This document shows positions 33,815-45,750 of a stretch of 64,000 nt of DNA, in pieces (position 1 is the stretch's first letter; each line of letters opens with the position of its first letter). Origin of the DNA: Calditrichia bacterium (GTDB lineage: Bacteria; Calditrichota; Calditrichia; JAJRVZ01); the NCBI GenBank assembly GCA_963796965.1, contig CAWCNS010000002.1:64001-128000 (forward strand). Direction: 5' to 3'. Under the pieces are notes generated by a model that had not been told where the DNA came from, made no database searches, and saw only the letters and a program-made list of their open reading frames with translations. Made by a program: the position numbers and the translations under genes.

Positions 33815-34249
33815 ATGAGTAAACCGCTGCAATTATTTAAATCGCTCAAACCTTATTTTGGGAAATTTTCCGTGGTAGGGATTAGCGGAATTGTGGTCAA
33901 TCAGGGATTTTTAACTCTTTTTGTCTCCGGATTAAAATGGGATGTTTCAATAGCTGGCATTGTAGCCATCGAGTTATCAATACTGAGTAATTTTTTTCTA
34001 AATAATTACTGGACGTGGAAGGATCAAAAAAGGGGAAGTTTCCTTGTTAGATTTTTCAAATATCATGCAGTTACCGTTTTTTCAGGAGGGGTTAATTACC
34101 TGATCTTATTGATATTAACTTCTTTCGGATTCCATTATTTTATATCCAATTTAATTGGTATTGCAGTTGGTACTGTGGTTAATTTCTTCTTTAATCATTT
34201 CTGGACATTTAAAGCGAAAGAAAATGGAAATGAACCTACACAAAATTAA
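33815..34249 (+). CDS. GtrA family membrane protein
   Basis: KFSVVG, SNFFLNNYWTW, NFFFNHFWTF, four TM helices. Confidence 0.88.
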   Translation: MSKPLQLFKSLKPYFGKFSVVGISGIVVNQGFLTLFVSGLKWDVSIAGIVAIELSILSNFFLNNYWTWKDQKRGSFLVRFFKYHAVTVFSGGVNYLILLILTSFGFHYFISNLIGIAVGTVVNFFFNHFWTFKAKENGNEPTQN

Positions 34250-34631
34250 AATTAAAGTCCGGGGTTATCATATAGATATGTACCAGCATGTAAATAACGC
34301 CCGATATCTGGAATTTTTGGAGGAAGCACGTTGGGAATATGTTGAATCAGTAATCCCACTCGATGATCTGATGAAAGAAGGGTATGGTTTTGCTGTGGTG
34401 AATATTAATATCAATTACCGCAATCCGGCCTACATTAACCAGATCCTGGAAATTAGCAGTAATATGGCAACAATCAGCCGGCGCAGCGCGACCATTCACC
34501 AACAGATCTTTATAGAAAATTCAAAGACCAAAATTGCCGATGCTGATGTCACTTTTGTTATGATCGATATCAAAACAGGAAAGTCGATACCATTGGAAGG
34601 TGAGATAAGATCCATATTAGAGAAGTTTTAA
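34230..34631 (+). CDS. YbgC/FadM-family acyl-CoA thioesterase
   Basis: HIDMYQHVNNARYLEFLEEAR hotdog-fold motif. Confidence 0.88.
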   Translation: MNLHKIKIKVRGYHIDMYQHVNNARYLEFLEEARWEYVESVIPLDDLMKEGYGFAVVNININYRNPAYINQILEISSNMATISRRSATIHQQIFIENSKTKIADADVTFVMIDIKTGKSIPLEGEIRSILEKF

Positions 34632-34793
34632 ATTCTCCTACAGCGCTGCAAGAGACAAAAGTAACTTCTGAGTACAGGTATGTATGGCCCAGTTAATTTC
34701 TTCACACACTTGAAGATTAGAGGGACGATTAGTGAGCTTTGAAAATATTTAAATTTATTGATTATGTAAAAATAAATTATGGAGGTATTTCTT

Positions 34794-35309
34794 ATGGCAA
34801 GCGAAGCAATGATTAAAAAATTGAACGAACAATTAAACAAAGAATTCTATTCATCAAATCTCTACCTTCAAATGAGTGCATGGTGTGATACAAAAGGGTT
34901 AGAAGGCGGTGCAGCTTTTCTAAAGGCCCATGCAGAAGAGGAAATGCAACATATGATGAAATTTTTTGTCTATATTAACGAACTTGGTGGAATGGCAGTA
35001 GTTGGAAAAATTGAGGCGCCTCCAACAGAATATACATCTCTTACAGAAATGATGGATGATATCCTCGATCATGAAAAGTTTGTTACAAAAAGTATTCATG
35101 AACTAACGGATGCTGCCTGGGAAGAGAAAGATCATGCTACCTATAACTTTTTACAGTGGTTTGTAAGCGAGCAACATGAAGAGGAAGCATTATTTAGTTC
35201 AATAATCGACAAACTGAAGCTTCTTGGTAGTGAAAACAACCAGGGATTATTTTTTATCGATCGTGAATTAGGTCAGATGGCTGCCGCAGAAGCTGCAGCT
35301 GCTGAATAA
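34794..35309 (+). CDS. ftnA: Non-heme ferritin
   Basis: EFYSSNLYLQMSAW, AEEEMQHM, HE, FLQWFVSEQHEEE. Confidence 0.95.
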   Translation: MASEAMIKKLNEQLNKEFYSSNLYLQMSAWCDTKGLEGGAAFLKAHAEEEMQHMMKFFVYINELGGMAVVGKIEAPPTEYTSLTEMMDDILDHEKFVTKSIHELTDAAWEEKDHATYNFLQWFVSEQHEEEALFSSIIDKLKLLGSENNQGLFFIDRELGQMAAAEAAAAE

Positions 35310-35324
35310 ATTAGTATCCATCTC

Positions 35325-35374
35325 AGCCGGGTCAGGCTTTATAGTGATATAAAGACTTGATTCGGCTTTTTTTT
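35325..35374 (+). terminator. Intrinsic terminator after ftnA
   Basis: AGCCGGGTCAGG..CTTGATTCGGCT stem followed by a long T run. Confidence 0.75.
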
Positions 35375-35387
35375 GAGAATAAATATT

Positions 35388-36985
35388 ATGTCACAAATCG
35401 AAATATCAGATAATGATAATCAGACTGCTATAATTAATCCCGCAAATGGTAAACATCTAGGATATTCCCCTCTTCATTCAGTTGATGATTTAATTCTGAA
35501 AATTAATAAAGCACGAATAGCGCAGCAAGAATGGTCACAAACACCCATAAAACAGAGGGTAAAACAGATCAGGAAAGTTGGAGAGCATATTTATCAAAAT
35601 GCAGATAAATTGGCGCGTATTATATCTGAAGACAATGGTAAAACCCAAATGGACGCCCTGGCTTCGGAAGTTATGCCCTCTCTGATGGCCGTTGATTATT
35701 TTTCTAAAAATGCAAAAAGATACTTGAAAAACAAGAAAATTAAAGCCAGTAATATTTTCTTTGCTTACAAAAAAAGTAAAATTATTCGAGTTCCTCTGGG
35801 TGTTATTGGAATTATCGCACCCTGGAACTATCCCTTCTCTATACCTTTTTTTGAAGTCATCATGGGACTCATAGCAGGTAATGCTGTCATTCTGAAAACA
35901 GCCAAAGAGACGCAAATGGTCGGTCTTGCGATCGATGAAAGTATAAAATCGGCCGGTCTTCCAGATGGTTTGTTTAACCATATCAATATGCCCGGTCGCA
36001 TTATAGGTGATGCCATGTTGGATACGGGTATCGATAAATTATTCTTTACAGGATCCGTTGCGGTAGGAAAGAAATTAATGGCAAAGGCCGCTGAAAGTTT
36101 GACACCTGTCTCATTAAGGAGCTAGGTGGAAATGACGCCATGATTGTTTGTAAAGATGCCTATTTAGACAGAGCAGTCGGAGGAATTCTGTGGGCAGGAT
36201 ATCAGAATAGTGGGCAATCTTGCGGTGGTATTGAACGCGTTTATGTGCATGAATCTGTGTATGAGTCATTTATTCAACTATTAAAAAAGAGTGTGGAATC
36301 ATTACGGATAGGATTGGGAACTAATCCGGATTCAGATATTGGTGTAATGACCACGTCATCACAAATAGCAGAAGTCGCCCGCCAAATTCAGGATGCAATT
36401 GAAAACGGGGCAAAAATATACGCAGAATCAACACCGCCAAAGGAGGAAAATTTAAAAAACACAATCCCTGCTGTGGTTTTAACAAACGTTGATCATAGCA
36501 TGTCAATAATGAAGGATGAAACTTTTGGTCCTGTGGTTGGCGTGATGAAATACCGAACTACTGAAGAAGCGATAAATCTGGCTAATGATTCAATTCTTGG
36601 ACTAACCTGTTCTGTCTGGTCCCGAAATCGCAAAAGGGCAGAAAAAATTGGGATAAGGTTACAAGCAGGCGTCATTACAATTAACGATCATCTCATGACC
36701 CATGGAATGCCTGAAACACCCTGGGGAGGATTCAAACAATCAGGGATTGGCCGGTGTCATGGTGAAATAGGTTTCGAAGAAATGACCCAACCACAGGTAG
36801 TTGTACAGGATTTGCTCCATTTTGCCAGAAAAAACCCATGGTGGCATCCTTATAGTCTAAAATCGTATGATGGTATAAAAGGTATTATGCAGTTTCTTTA
36901 TTCAAAAAGGATAAGTAAAAAATTATCCGGAATTTTCGATTTCTTGAAAATTGTACCGGATATGTTTTTTAAAAGAAAGGAATAA
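35388..36985 (+). CDS. Aldehyde dehydrogenase family protein (frameshift near 36115)
   Basis: APWNYP, FTGS, (L)ELGG spanning the shift, GQSC, ETFGP, PWGGFKQSG. Confidence 0.88.
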
Positions 36986-37072
36986 ATCCGCATCATGAAT
37001 TCAAGTAATCCTCTTATAAAGCCTGCCTGATCTTCACAGGACACGTATATTGCTAATCAATAGATTTGCCAG

Positions 37073-37357
37073 CTAAAAAAGTTCACCCATATTCATAAGT
37101 GCGGCAACCAATAAGAATAGAACAACAGAACCAAGCAGTGATACCATTGATCCGGTCTTTGCCATTTCCTTAGTCTCAATAGTACCCGTTGCAAAGGCTA
37201 TTGCGTTCGGAGGTGTACCAATTGGCAAACTCATAGCGAGAGAAGATGCAAGTGCAACGATAATCGCTCCAGCACTCGGCGCAATCACTGCAACAGAAGA
37301 TACAATGGGTATGAGCAAATTAGCTGCGGATGTGTGACTCATAAAATTGGATAAGAT
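37073..37357 (-). pseudogene. C-terminal remnant of an SLC13/DASS anion transporter
   Basis: LSNFMSHTSAANLLIP, SLPIGTPPNAIAF; in-frame stop just upstream and no room for the N-terminal part before the PhoU gene. Confidence 0.75.
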
Positions 37358-37515
37358 TTAATTTAAGAAGAGTTTAATCAACAAAGCAAGGTATCTATCT
37401 GTCTAAGTTAATGTAAGTTCAGGTATACTTTTCATGGTATTTACATCTTCGGAAGATCAACTAAATAAAGATATATAAGGTATGTATAGTTAAGAGGCTT
37501 TAATATATTAATAAG

Positions 37516-38193
37516 TTAATTTTTATTTTTATTGGCTACAAAACCAATTTTATCAAATGGACGAACGACGCTGGTTGAAACATTTTGAAGATGACTATTG
37601 ATCCGTTTCAGATGACGTATATATAAGGCGAGGGCTACAGCCTTAGAATATTGAATTTTTTTATCAGTCATTTTTATCAAATCTGTCTCACACGTGTCAC
37701 ACAATTTATTTATCCAACGATACTCAGAAAGCATTTTATCTGCATCTTCTGTATCGCCATCCTTAAATTGTGTCCGGACTCTGGAGAATTCATCTTCGAC
37801 GGCCGCTTCGATTTTCAAGAGATCGGCTTTAAATCCTTTAGGTTTCAATCTGCTGTGATAATTATTTGTTAATTCAAGCACATTTTTGCATTCGTCTCCA
37901 ATTCGTTCAATATCGATGATTACACTAGCTAGTAGCAAACCCGAATAAATATCTTCGCGGCTTTTTTCCTGAAGATGACGCATCACTTTCTTGCGAATTT
38001 TGCGCTCGAATTTATTAACTTTTGCATCAGCATCAAGAATATCAATACCCATTTTCTTTGGATTTTGTTCACGCAATCCTGATTTTGCTTCTATAAACAT
38101 TTTCTCGGTTAAGGCAAACATTTTATGTGTATCAGCATATGCCTTATCTAAAGTTGTTTCTTTTCCAAAGACTGTTAATAATGGTTTCCACAC
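37516..38193 (-). CDS. PhoU-domain protein
   Basis: ERKIRKKV..HL, DIERIGD..KN, RHLKRINSH..N; two PhoU repeats. Confidence 0.8.
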   Translation of the reverse strand: MWKPLLTVFGKETTLDKAYADTHKMFALTEKMFIEAKSGLREQNPKKMGIDILDADAKVNKFERKIRKKVMRHLQEKSREDIYSGLLLASVIIDIERIGDECKNVLELTNNYHSRLKPKGFKADLLKIEAAVEDEFSRVRTQFKDGDTEDADKMLSEYRWINKLCDTCETDLIKMTDKKIQYSKAVALALYIRHLKRINSHLQNVSTSVVRPFDKIGFVANKNKN

Positions 38194-38534
38194 AATATAA
38201 CCTCAAAAAGTTATGGATATTTTTTGGCCATGATTAAGTCCAAGACCAGACATGTGGCCTGATCTTTTATCTTTTGCCTTTGACCCTTTGCAATATTTAT
38301 ATCATTGTCATCCTTCTGATCACAAATATTGTCGGGTAAATTATGACATAAATATAAGTAATTTTTCTATTTAGAGCCAGAAATTTGTGAGGTAATTATT
38401 CCCATCTACAGAATATCTATAGTCCGATATTTTGAGGATGAGTAGTTTGAATTGTTATTTTCTCTATATATAGTTAAATTTCGAGTTAATGTGTTAAATA
38501 TAAGGTAAAAATCCAAATAGGTAATATTTATAAA

Positions 38535-39608
38535 ATGTCTACACTCAAACCGCAAGAAATATCCATAGATGTCTCTCCTCAGAATCGTTTTGAGATAACT
38601 GATATTTCTACAAAGATCAGAGAAATGGTGAATGAAGAAATGAGTAGGTATCGTAAAGCGACCTATTGTTCTTTTCACACAACAGCAGGTTATCTAGAGC
38701 AAAGTCTTTGTAGCAGATTAGACAACCAGATTGACAACATAAGAACCTATATAAAGGCCTTTCAGCAATTATTTCCGGATAATGCAGATTATGTTCACGA
38801 TAATATGGATATGCGTGATGAGTTAACCGAAGAGGAGCGACAGGTAGAACCTCGAAATGCCGATTCACATTTAACATTTATAGGATCTGGATTAAAAAAT
38901 TGTGTCACCTATGTCAATAAACCTGATACACCTGTTTATTTTATCGACTTAGATGGGGTTAGTGAATTTGGAAAGCGCAAGCGTATGACAAGCGTCATGT
39001 TTTATAATGAGGAAGAAACCGTTTTCGAACAAAAAGTTGATGTACCCGTCTCCATGCACCCTATTGATTCTATTAATCTAAGACATCCAAATCTGGGCTA
39101 TATGCAAAAACTTGAAGAATTATTTCAGGCTTATGACATAGAAAGAGGACGGGTTGATATTGCTCTTGATCCATCTGAAAAATATGCCGGAATTACTGTA
39201 AATGAGTATGAGACCTTACTTATGACCTATGATCTGGTTGAAATCCTCAGGAATCCATTAAAATTCATGGGTGAGAAAGGAAAATATATTCTTCACAATC
39301 CATCAAAATTGGCAGAGCGTACCAAGGAATATGCAAAATTTGATTTTGTGCACATCATGAATGAATTAATTGATTCGTTTCATTTGAATCATTCTGTCAT
39401 TGAGAAGATGATGGCAAAAGCACTAGCTTATCCTGCAGAAAAATTCCTACGTGTAAAACGAAAAGTCAGTTTTATTGTAAGCAATGATGGCAAGAAGCGA
39501 ACCGCAGAAATCCTCTCCGGACGCTACCAGAGCCCGATTTTAGTTCAATGGAAACCCTCACCAAAATTATCCCGCTCAGTTATTCTCACCATCACGCGGT
39601 ACAAATAG
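38535..39608 (+). CDS. Hypothetical protein with two tandem YjbQ (UPF0047)-like domains
   Basis: N-half HTTAG, PD..Y.HD, NADSHL, FIDLDG; C-half AGITVNEYE..L..DL, SGRYQSPILVQW. Confidence 0.7.
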   Translation: MSTLKPQEISIDVSPQNRFEITDISTKIREMVNEEMSRYRKATYCSFHTTAGYLEQSLCSRLDNQIDNIRTYIKAFQQLFPDNADYVHDNMDMRDELTEEERQVEPRNADSHLTFIGSGLKNCVTYVNKPDTPVYFIDLDGVSEFGKRKRMTSVMFYNEEETVFEQKVDVPVSMHPIDSINLRHPNLGYMQKLEELFQAYDIERGRVDIALDPSEKYAGITVNEYETLLMTYDLVEILRNPLKFMGEKGKYILHNPSKLAERTKEYAKFDFVHIMNELIDSFHLNHSVIEKMMAKALAYPAEKFLRVKRKVSFIVSNDGKKRTAEILSGRYQSPILVQWKPSPKLSRSVILTITRYK

Positions 39609-39611
39609 TTA

Positions 39612-39748
39612 TCTACGAATTACACAGATTTAGTCAAATTTCACGAATTATTATTATTTATTTTATTCTTTAATGTCATTTTTGATGAGGAATAAATAAT
39701 ATAAAATTTTAATTCGTGAAATCAGTTCTAATTCGTGTAATTCGTGGA
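39612..39748. repeat. Inverted 39-nt arms (CACGAATT family) between convergent genes
   Basis: TCTACGAATTACACAGATTTAGTCAAATTTCACGAATTA versus the reverse complement of 39710-39748, TCCACGAATTACACGAATTAGAACTGATTTCACGAATTA. Confidence 0.85.
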
Positions 39749-39762
39749 AAAGAGAATCTTCC

Positions 39763-40539
39763 TTAAATCAACGACCTTGATTGCCCACCATCAACATTAA
39801 TGCACGCACCAGCAACAAGACTGGATTTCTCAGAAGCGAGAAAACAAACCACATTGGCCACTTCTTCTACACTGCCAAAGCGTCCGATCGGCAATTCACT
39901 TTCTACAAATTTGTTCATACCTTCGGGATCAGCAATGCAGCGTTTGTCCCAACTCCCGCCAGGAAACCTTATGGATCCAGGTGCCACCGTATTCACACGT
40001 ATACCCTCCCCGGCCAATTCACCTGCCATGACCTTTGCCATACTAATCATCGCTGATTTTGTTGCATTATAAATTGAAAGCGTTGCACCGCCCGACTCGC
40101 GCCCAAAGATTGATGAGATGAAAATGATCGAACCCGATTCCTGTTTTTTGAGTTCGGGGATAAATTGACGGGTAACTTCACCATGAGAAAGTAAATTGAT
40201 ATCCATAATGGCGCGCCAGTCTTCGTCCAAGGTGTCTTCAAACCGACCGCGCTTATTGCTACCTACATTATTAACCAATACATCCACAGCACCAAAATGT
40301 TGTATTGTCTGTTCCTTTAGTTTCTTAGCTCCATCCTTCTGGGTAATATCAAGAGCAAGTGCAAGCACTTCCGCCCCCGTTTTCCTGAGTTCATTTGCCG
40401 TTGTCTCCAGGGCTTCTTCTCCCCTGGCACATATAACTAATCGGCAGCCCTCAGTGGCTAACCCTTGTGCAATTCCTTTTCCAATCCCCCGGCTGCCACC
40501 CGTAACAACCGCAACTTTTCCTTTTAAACCTAAATCCAT
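39763..40539 (-). CDS. SDR family oxidoreductase
   Basis: TGGSRGIG, NNVG, ISS, YNATK, APG. Confidence 0.92.
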   Translation of the reverse strand: MDLGLKGKVAVVTGGSRGIGKGIAQGLATEGCRLVICARGEEALETTANELRKTGAEVLALALDITQKDGAKKLKEQTIQHFGAVDVLVNNVGSNKRGRFEDTLDEDWRAIMDINLLSHGEVTRQFIPELKKQESGSIIFISSIFGRESGGATLSIYNATKSAMISMAKVMAGELAGEGIRVNTVAPGSIRFPGGSWDKRCIADPEGMNKFVESELPIGRFGSVEEVANVVCFLASEKSSLVAGACINVDGGQSRSLI

Positions 40540-40979
40540 ATTTACTCCCTGTCCTCTGTATATTTGCGTAATTGATAAGATTCTGAATATTGAAAGATTT
40601 AACGATCAGGTTAGTTTTGTCAAATTATTTTGTGCTTAAATTAAATCCAGACAGAGACAAGATGAACAATAGTCCAGATTATTAAGCATGTATCGAATAT
40701 CTGACCGGTATCATAATCATCTATTCGTTTAATATATCCTGACCATGAGACGCGCTGAAGTTTAAAGAACAGTGCATTAAAATAAAAATTTTTTTCTCTT
40801 ATTTATGGGCTTGTTAAAATCAAACCTATTTTATATTTTGGGGAATAGAATTTGGATCAACATGATATAATTCTAACCTTGTCACCAAAGAATAAGGCTA
40901 TTTGATTTAAAGGAATTACCCTCAATTTACTTGAAATAGTGAAAATTCCTCAAAAGAAGCTCATTTAGGCATATAATCC

Positions 40980-43900
40980 ATGAATAAAATGTCTCAACCT
41001 CTATTAGAAAAACTCTCATTCCATTCGGTCATTCAGACTTGGTTTGAAGATTCATTTGAATCAATAAGCCCCCCCAGAAGCAGGGATGGCCCTCAATTCG
41101 TGAAGGCAATCATTCCCTGATTCTGGCTCCTACCGGTTCGGGAAAAACCCTCGCTGCTTTCTTAAGTAGCATAGATGAATTATTCCAAATGGGTATAAAG
41201 AATAAAGATTTTGAAAGAAATTCTTCAGGGATCCATACCTTGTATATTTCACCCCTGAAAGCCTTAAACAACGACATTCAGCGGAATCTTACTAAGCCGC
41301 TAAAGGAAATTCAGAATATTGCTGCAAAGTCGGGAATCCCAGATTTCGAAATCCGGACCTTGGTACGTACCGGTGATACCCCGCCCCACTTAAGACAAGC
41401 CATGTTAACCAAGCCCCCGCATATTCTGATTACAACGCCAGAATCGCTTTATCTCATCCTAAATTCAGAAAAAGGCCGCCAGCTATTTACAAATCTGCGT
41501 TATGTCATCGTTGATGAAATCCATTCGATCACGACGAACAAACGTGGGGTGCATTTAAATCTCTCTCTGGAACGTTTAATGCCCTTATGCAAAAAAGAAC
41601 CAGTAAGGATAGGTCTCTCCGCAACCCAAAAGCCGCTTCAACGGATTGCTGATTTTCTGGGTGGTTATAAATGGAATGGAAAAAACTTTGTTAAGCGTCC
41701 TGTCAAGATTTTAGACTGCGGTCAACGAAAAAAAATGGATCTACAAGTAATATGTCCGGTTGAAGATCTTTCCGAGCTGCCGGAGGCTTCTGTCTGGCCT
41801 GCTGTGTATAAAAAATTATACGACTATATAACTTCCCATAATACCACCCTTGTTTTTTTGAATATGCGTGCCCAGGTAGAAAAAACTGCCCGTAAGTTAA
41901 ACGAAATGTTCCAGGATAAGAGTGATGATCCGCAAGCTCAGCTTGCGTTACCTCATCATGGCAGCATGTCCAGAGAAATGCGCTATGAGGTAGAAGAAAA
42001 ATTAAAACAAGGTCGTATTCCGGCAGTCATAGCCACATCATCCCTGGAACTTGGCATAGATATTGGATCTGTAGATTTGGTCGTTCACTTGGAAGCACCC
42101 AAGTCAGTCTCGGCAGGGTTGCAGCGCGTGGGCCGCAGCGGCCATCTGCTCAAAGCAACCAGCAAAGGCCGGATCATCCCACTCTACCTGGCTGATCTGG
42201 ATGATGCCGTGGCCCTTGCCGATAGCATGAAAAAGGGTGATATCGAAGAAATTACCATCCCACATAATTGTTTGGATGTTCTTGCACAACAAATTGTGGC
42301 CGAGGTAGCCGCACAATCATGGCAACGAAAGAATCTCTATTCACTTTTCAAACAATCCCATTGTTACCGGGATTTAACTGAATCAAGTTTTAACAATGTA
42401 CTGGAAATGTTAACCGGACGATATGCAGAGACAAAATTACCAGCCTTAAAACCTGTAATTAACTGGGATCGAATTAATGACCACCTGAATGCCCTTCCGG
42501 GATCCCGGCTTCTGGCAAATATGAACGGTGGTACGATTCCCGACCGTGGATATTATGGCGTCTACCTGGCTGACAGCAATACCAGACTTGGTGAAATGGA
42601 AGAAGAGTTTGTTTTTGAATCCAAAGCCGGTGATGTTTTTTTTCTCGGAAATACCGAGTGGCGAATCAATGCCATAATGCAAGATCGCCTTATCGTTACA
42701 CCGGCAGAATCACTAAAACCTCGCGCCCCCTTCTGGAAAGGAGATCTGGGGTATCAGAATGCTGCAACCGCGGAAAAAGTAGGGGCATTTCGGGAGAACC
42801 TGTTACAGGAAATAGATAAATCAGAGGAAGTGGAACACTTAGCCCAAAAATATAGCGCAGATGAGTACATATTTTCAAATCTAATAAGATATTTCAAAAA
42901 ACAAAAAGTCTCTACCAGAACAGTACCTACAAATTCACAACTTGTAGTGGAATATTTTTATGATACGACCGATGAACTTCATTTCGTAATTCATGCTCCC
43001 TTCGGCGGGCGGGTGAACGCTGCCTGGGCCATCGTTATTGCCGCACATTTAGAATCCAGGTTACAAACCGAAGTACAATACTCTTTTGATGATGACGGTT
43101 TTATTATCCGCATCAGAAGCACAACGGAAATCCCCAATATCGAATCATTATTACACCTTCCATCTACGGAGATCCGTACAATTCTTACGGAAAAATTAGC
43201 CAGCACACCGATCTTTGCCATTCAATTTCGCTATTGTGCTGCCCGGGCTTTATTATTGGCCCGCTCCCGTCCCGGAAAACGAATTCCCCTATGGCTGCAG
43301 CGGCTCCGTGCCTCTGATCTTTACCAATCCATAAAAAAATATCCCGATTTTCCTGTTCTTTTGGAGACCTATCGCAGCTGCCTGGAAGATCTTTTTGACC
43401 TCAATGCCCTTCAATCTGTTTCCCGGCGTATTAGTAACGGGGAAATCACAGTGAAGACAATACAGACCAAGGCACCTTCCCCCATGGTCTCCGGATTAAT
43501 TTTCGACTTTTTATCTAATCAAGTTTATGAGATGGATCGTTCACGGGCACCGGGACAGGTGGCTCTCGTAAGCAATGATCTGCTTTCCGAAATTTTATCA
43601 CGTGAAAATATCCCCGGCATCATTACACAAGATATCATTGAGGAGAGTCGGGTAAGATGGCAATCGTTGCATCCCGATTACCAGGCAAGAACGGCTGAAG
43701 AACTGCACCTGGTTATAAAGAAGCTCGGCCCAATTAATGATCAGGAACTTAAATTAAGAGTTCGCCAATCGCCCGAGTCATGGCTACATTCCCTTCATGC
43801 CGATGGCAGAATCTTAAAAGCACCGAATCCATATAAGGGATGGATCGCAAGTGAAAATAATTCGCTCTATTCAAAACCGCAAAACATGTCCTCTGAATCT

Positions 43901-45415
43901 AAAATTATCAGACAATATCTGGAAAACGAGGGTCCGGTCCTACAGTCAGATATTCAGTATATGATTCTCAATGCAGATAAAAGTATTCAGCCAATTCTCG
44001 AGAAATTATTGGCTGATCGCTGGCTGGTCAAAGGTCAGTTGATAAAAGACGATCCCCACACCTATTGGTGTCAGCGTGATAATTTTGCCGAATTATACCG
44101 CCGCGCTATTGGAAAACAACGTCGCCTGATGACAGCCGTTGATCGTTCCACGTACTACCGTTTTATTCTACGTTGGCACCATCTCATACAACAATCAAAA
44201 TCTGAATCAGATCTACTCGTTCAATATAGTGGTGTCCAGTTTCCACGTTATTATTTGGAGCGGGAATTGTTTCAGACCCGCATTCAAAAAAAGGGAAACA
44301 ACTCTTCTGATACTGAGATTCAATTCCAATCTCTGATAACCAAAGGTCAATTAGTCGTAATATCTCCTCTGCAAAAAGAGGGAAATGAATCGTTCTGTTT
44401 CTTTGAAAGGGGTCAGGGCGGAACCATTTTGCAATCAACAGGATTAGAAAAGGAAGAACCTGCATCTGATGAACAATCTGAAATCGTGCTCACCTTTCTA
44501 AAACAGAATGGTATTAGTCCCTATGGTGATATTGAAGAGGGCACCGGCTTTTCGGGGACTCTTTTAATCAAGATATTAAGAAATTTATTATTCGCTGGTC
44601 AAATAACAACCGACAACTATCCGGCCTTTATCGAATGCCTCTTGCCTGAAAAATCTGATAAATTGATCACATCCAAACGTCACCAAATAAAACGAAGGGT
44701 TCAGAATCAACTATTATTAAAGGAAGGTCGGTGGTTTTTAACCTCATCCTACGCTGTCATGGGCAGGAAAAAAACAAGACAGGAGATCATAGAAGAGCAG
44801 GCCCGCTTATTGCTCAGACGTCATGGCATTTTAGTCAAAGAATGGTACCGGCGGGAGCGAGGTTTTGTCCCCTGGTATGAAATCTTTCAGACGCTTAAAA
44901 GGTTGGAATGGCAGGGGGAAATTCTTCGCGGTTATTTTATTGATGGGCTATCCGGTATTCAATACGCCCTGCCCGAAGTCTATTGAACTACTCAAATCAC
45001 TACCAGGAAAGGGACTCACGCCCCAGTCGGTTCTGGTCAGCACCATCGATCCGGCTCTGCCCTTTGGCGGAAATGTGGGTTGGGACGTAAAAAATTCCAG
45101 AGATGAATCAAATTCAATAACACGCCTTATTGGAAACCATCTGCTTTTCGTTGCTGAACAACCAAAAATCTATTCTGAAAATTATGGACGTAAATTATGG
45201 ACCCTCCAAGGATTTGATGGTTCGGAGTTACCGATAATTGCGGAATCACTCAAAAGTTGGTTACGTCTCCCCCCGAACTTAGGCCTGTTCAAAAGATAGT
45301 TATCAGGGAAATTGATGGAATTCCTGCTTCTCAATGTGATTTATCTAAGGATTTTCTCAATTGTGGTTATGAAAGGGATGGAAAGAATATTGTTCTTTGG
45401 CCGTCAGGGGTTTAG
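40980..45415 (+). CDS. lhr: Lhr-family DEAD/H helicase, long form (frameshifts near 41072, 44980, 45280)
   Basis: APTGSGKT upstream of the tracked ORF, SPLKALNND, TTPESL, DEIH, SAT, HHGS, SLELGIDIG, QRVGRSGH, GGTIPDRG, C-terminal RGYFIDGLSGIQYALP and DPA. Confidence 0.92.
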
Positions 45416-45417
45416 AA

Positions 45418-45456
45418 TCCACGAATTACACTAATTTCTTCGAATTTCACGATTTT
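45418..45456. repeat. Third copy of the CACGAATT-family arm
   Basis: TCCACGAATTACACTAATTTCTTCGAATTTCACGATTTT directly after the lhr stop. Confidence 0.8.
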
Positions 45457-45499
45457 TATATAAGGAAAAAAGAATCTGACCGAGGTTATCTATGAGTTT

Positions 45500-45594
45500 T
45501 GTCATCCTGAAAGGATCTTTCTACTTTTAGCTATTGGAGTTATACAAAGGAAGATTCCTATCCCGAGACGCGATCCAGTCCGGGACGGAATGAC
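45500..45594. repeat. TGTCATCC...GGAATGACA palindromic element
   Basis: TGTCATCCTGAAAGGATCT ... AGATTCC ... GGAATGACA nested inverted repeats. Confidence 0.6.
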
Positions 45595-45750
45595 AGGTGG
45601 GATGTAGAGATTCAATTCTGAATTTCTAAAATAATAGAAGATAGAGCATGAAAATAGGTCAAATTCGAAATGATTCATGCATCAATTTTTAATTCGGGAA
45701 AAAAATCGCCGCGGGTTAGCGTCGCTGCGCGAAAATAGATTGGGCTTATG

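Noticed and set aside
35388..36985. ALDH as an apocarotenoid oxidase of the crt pathway
   Set aside because: It is 18 kb from the cluster, on the opposite strand, with no specific evidence.
38407..38430. Third sigma-28 promoter before the double-YjbQ gene
   Set aside because: TCCGATAT is present but no TAAA element at 15-16 nt spacing.
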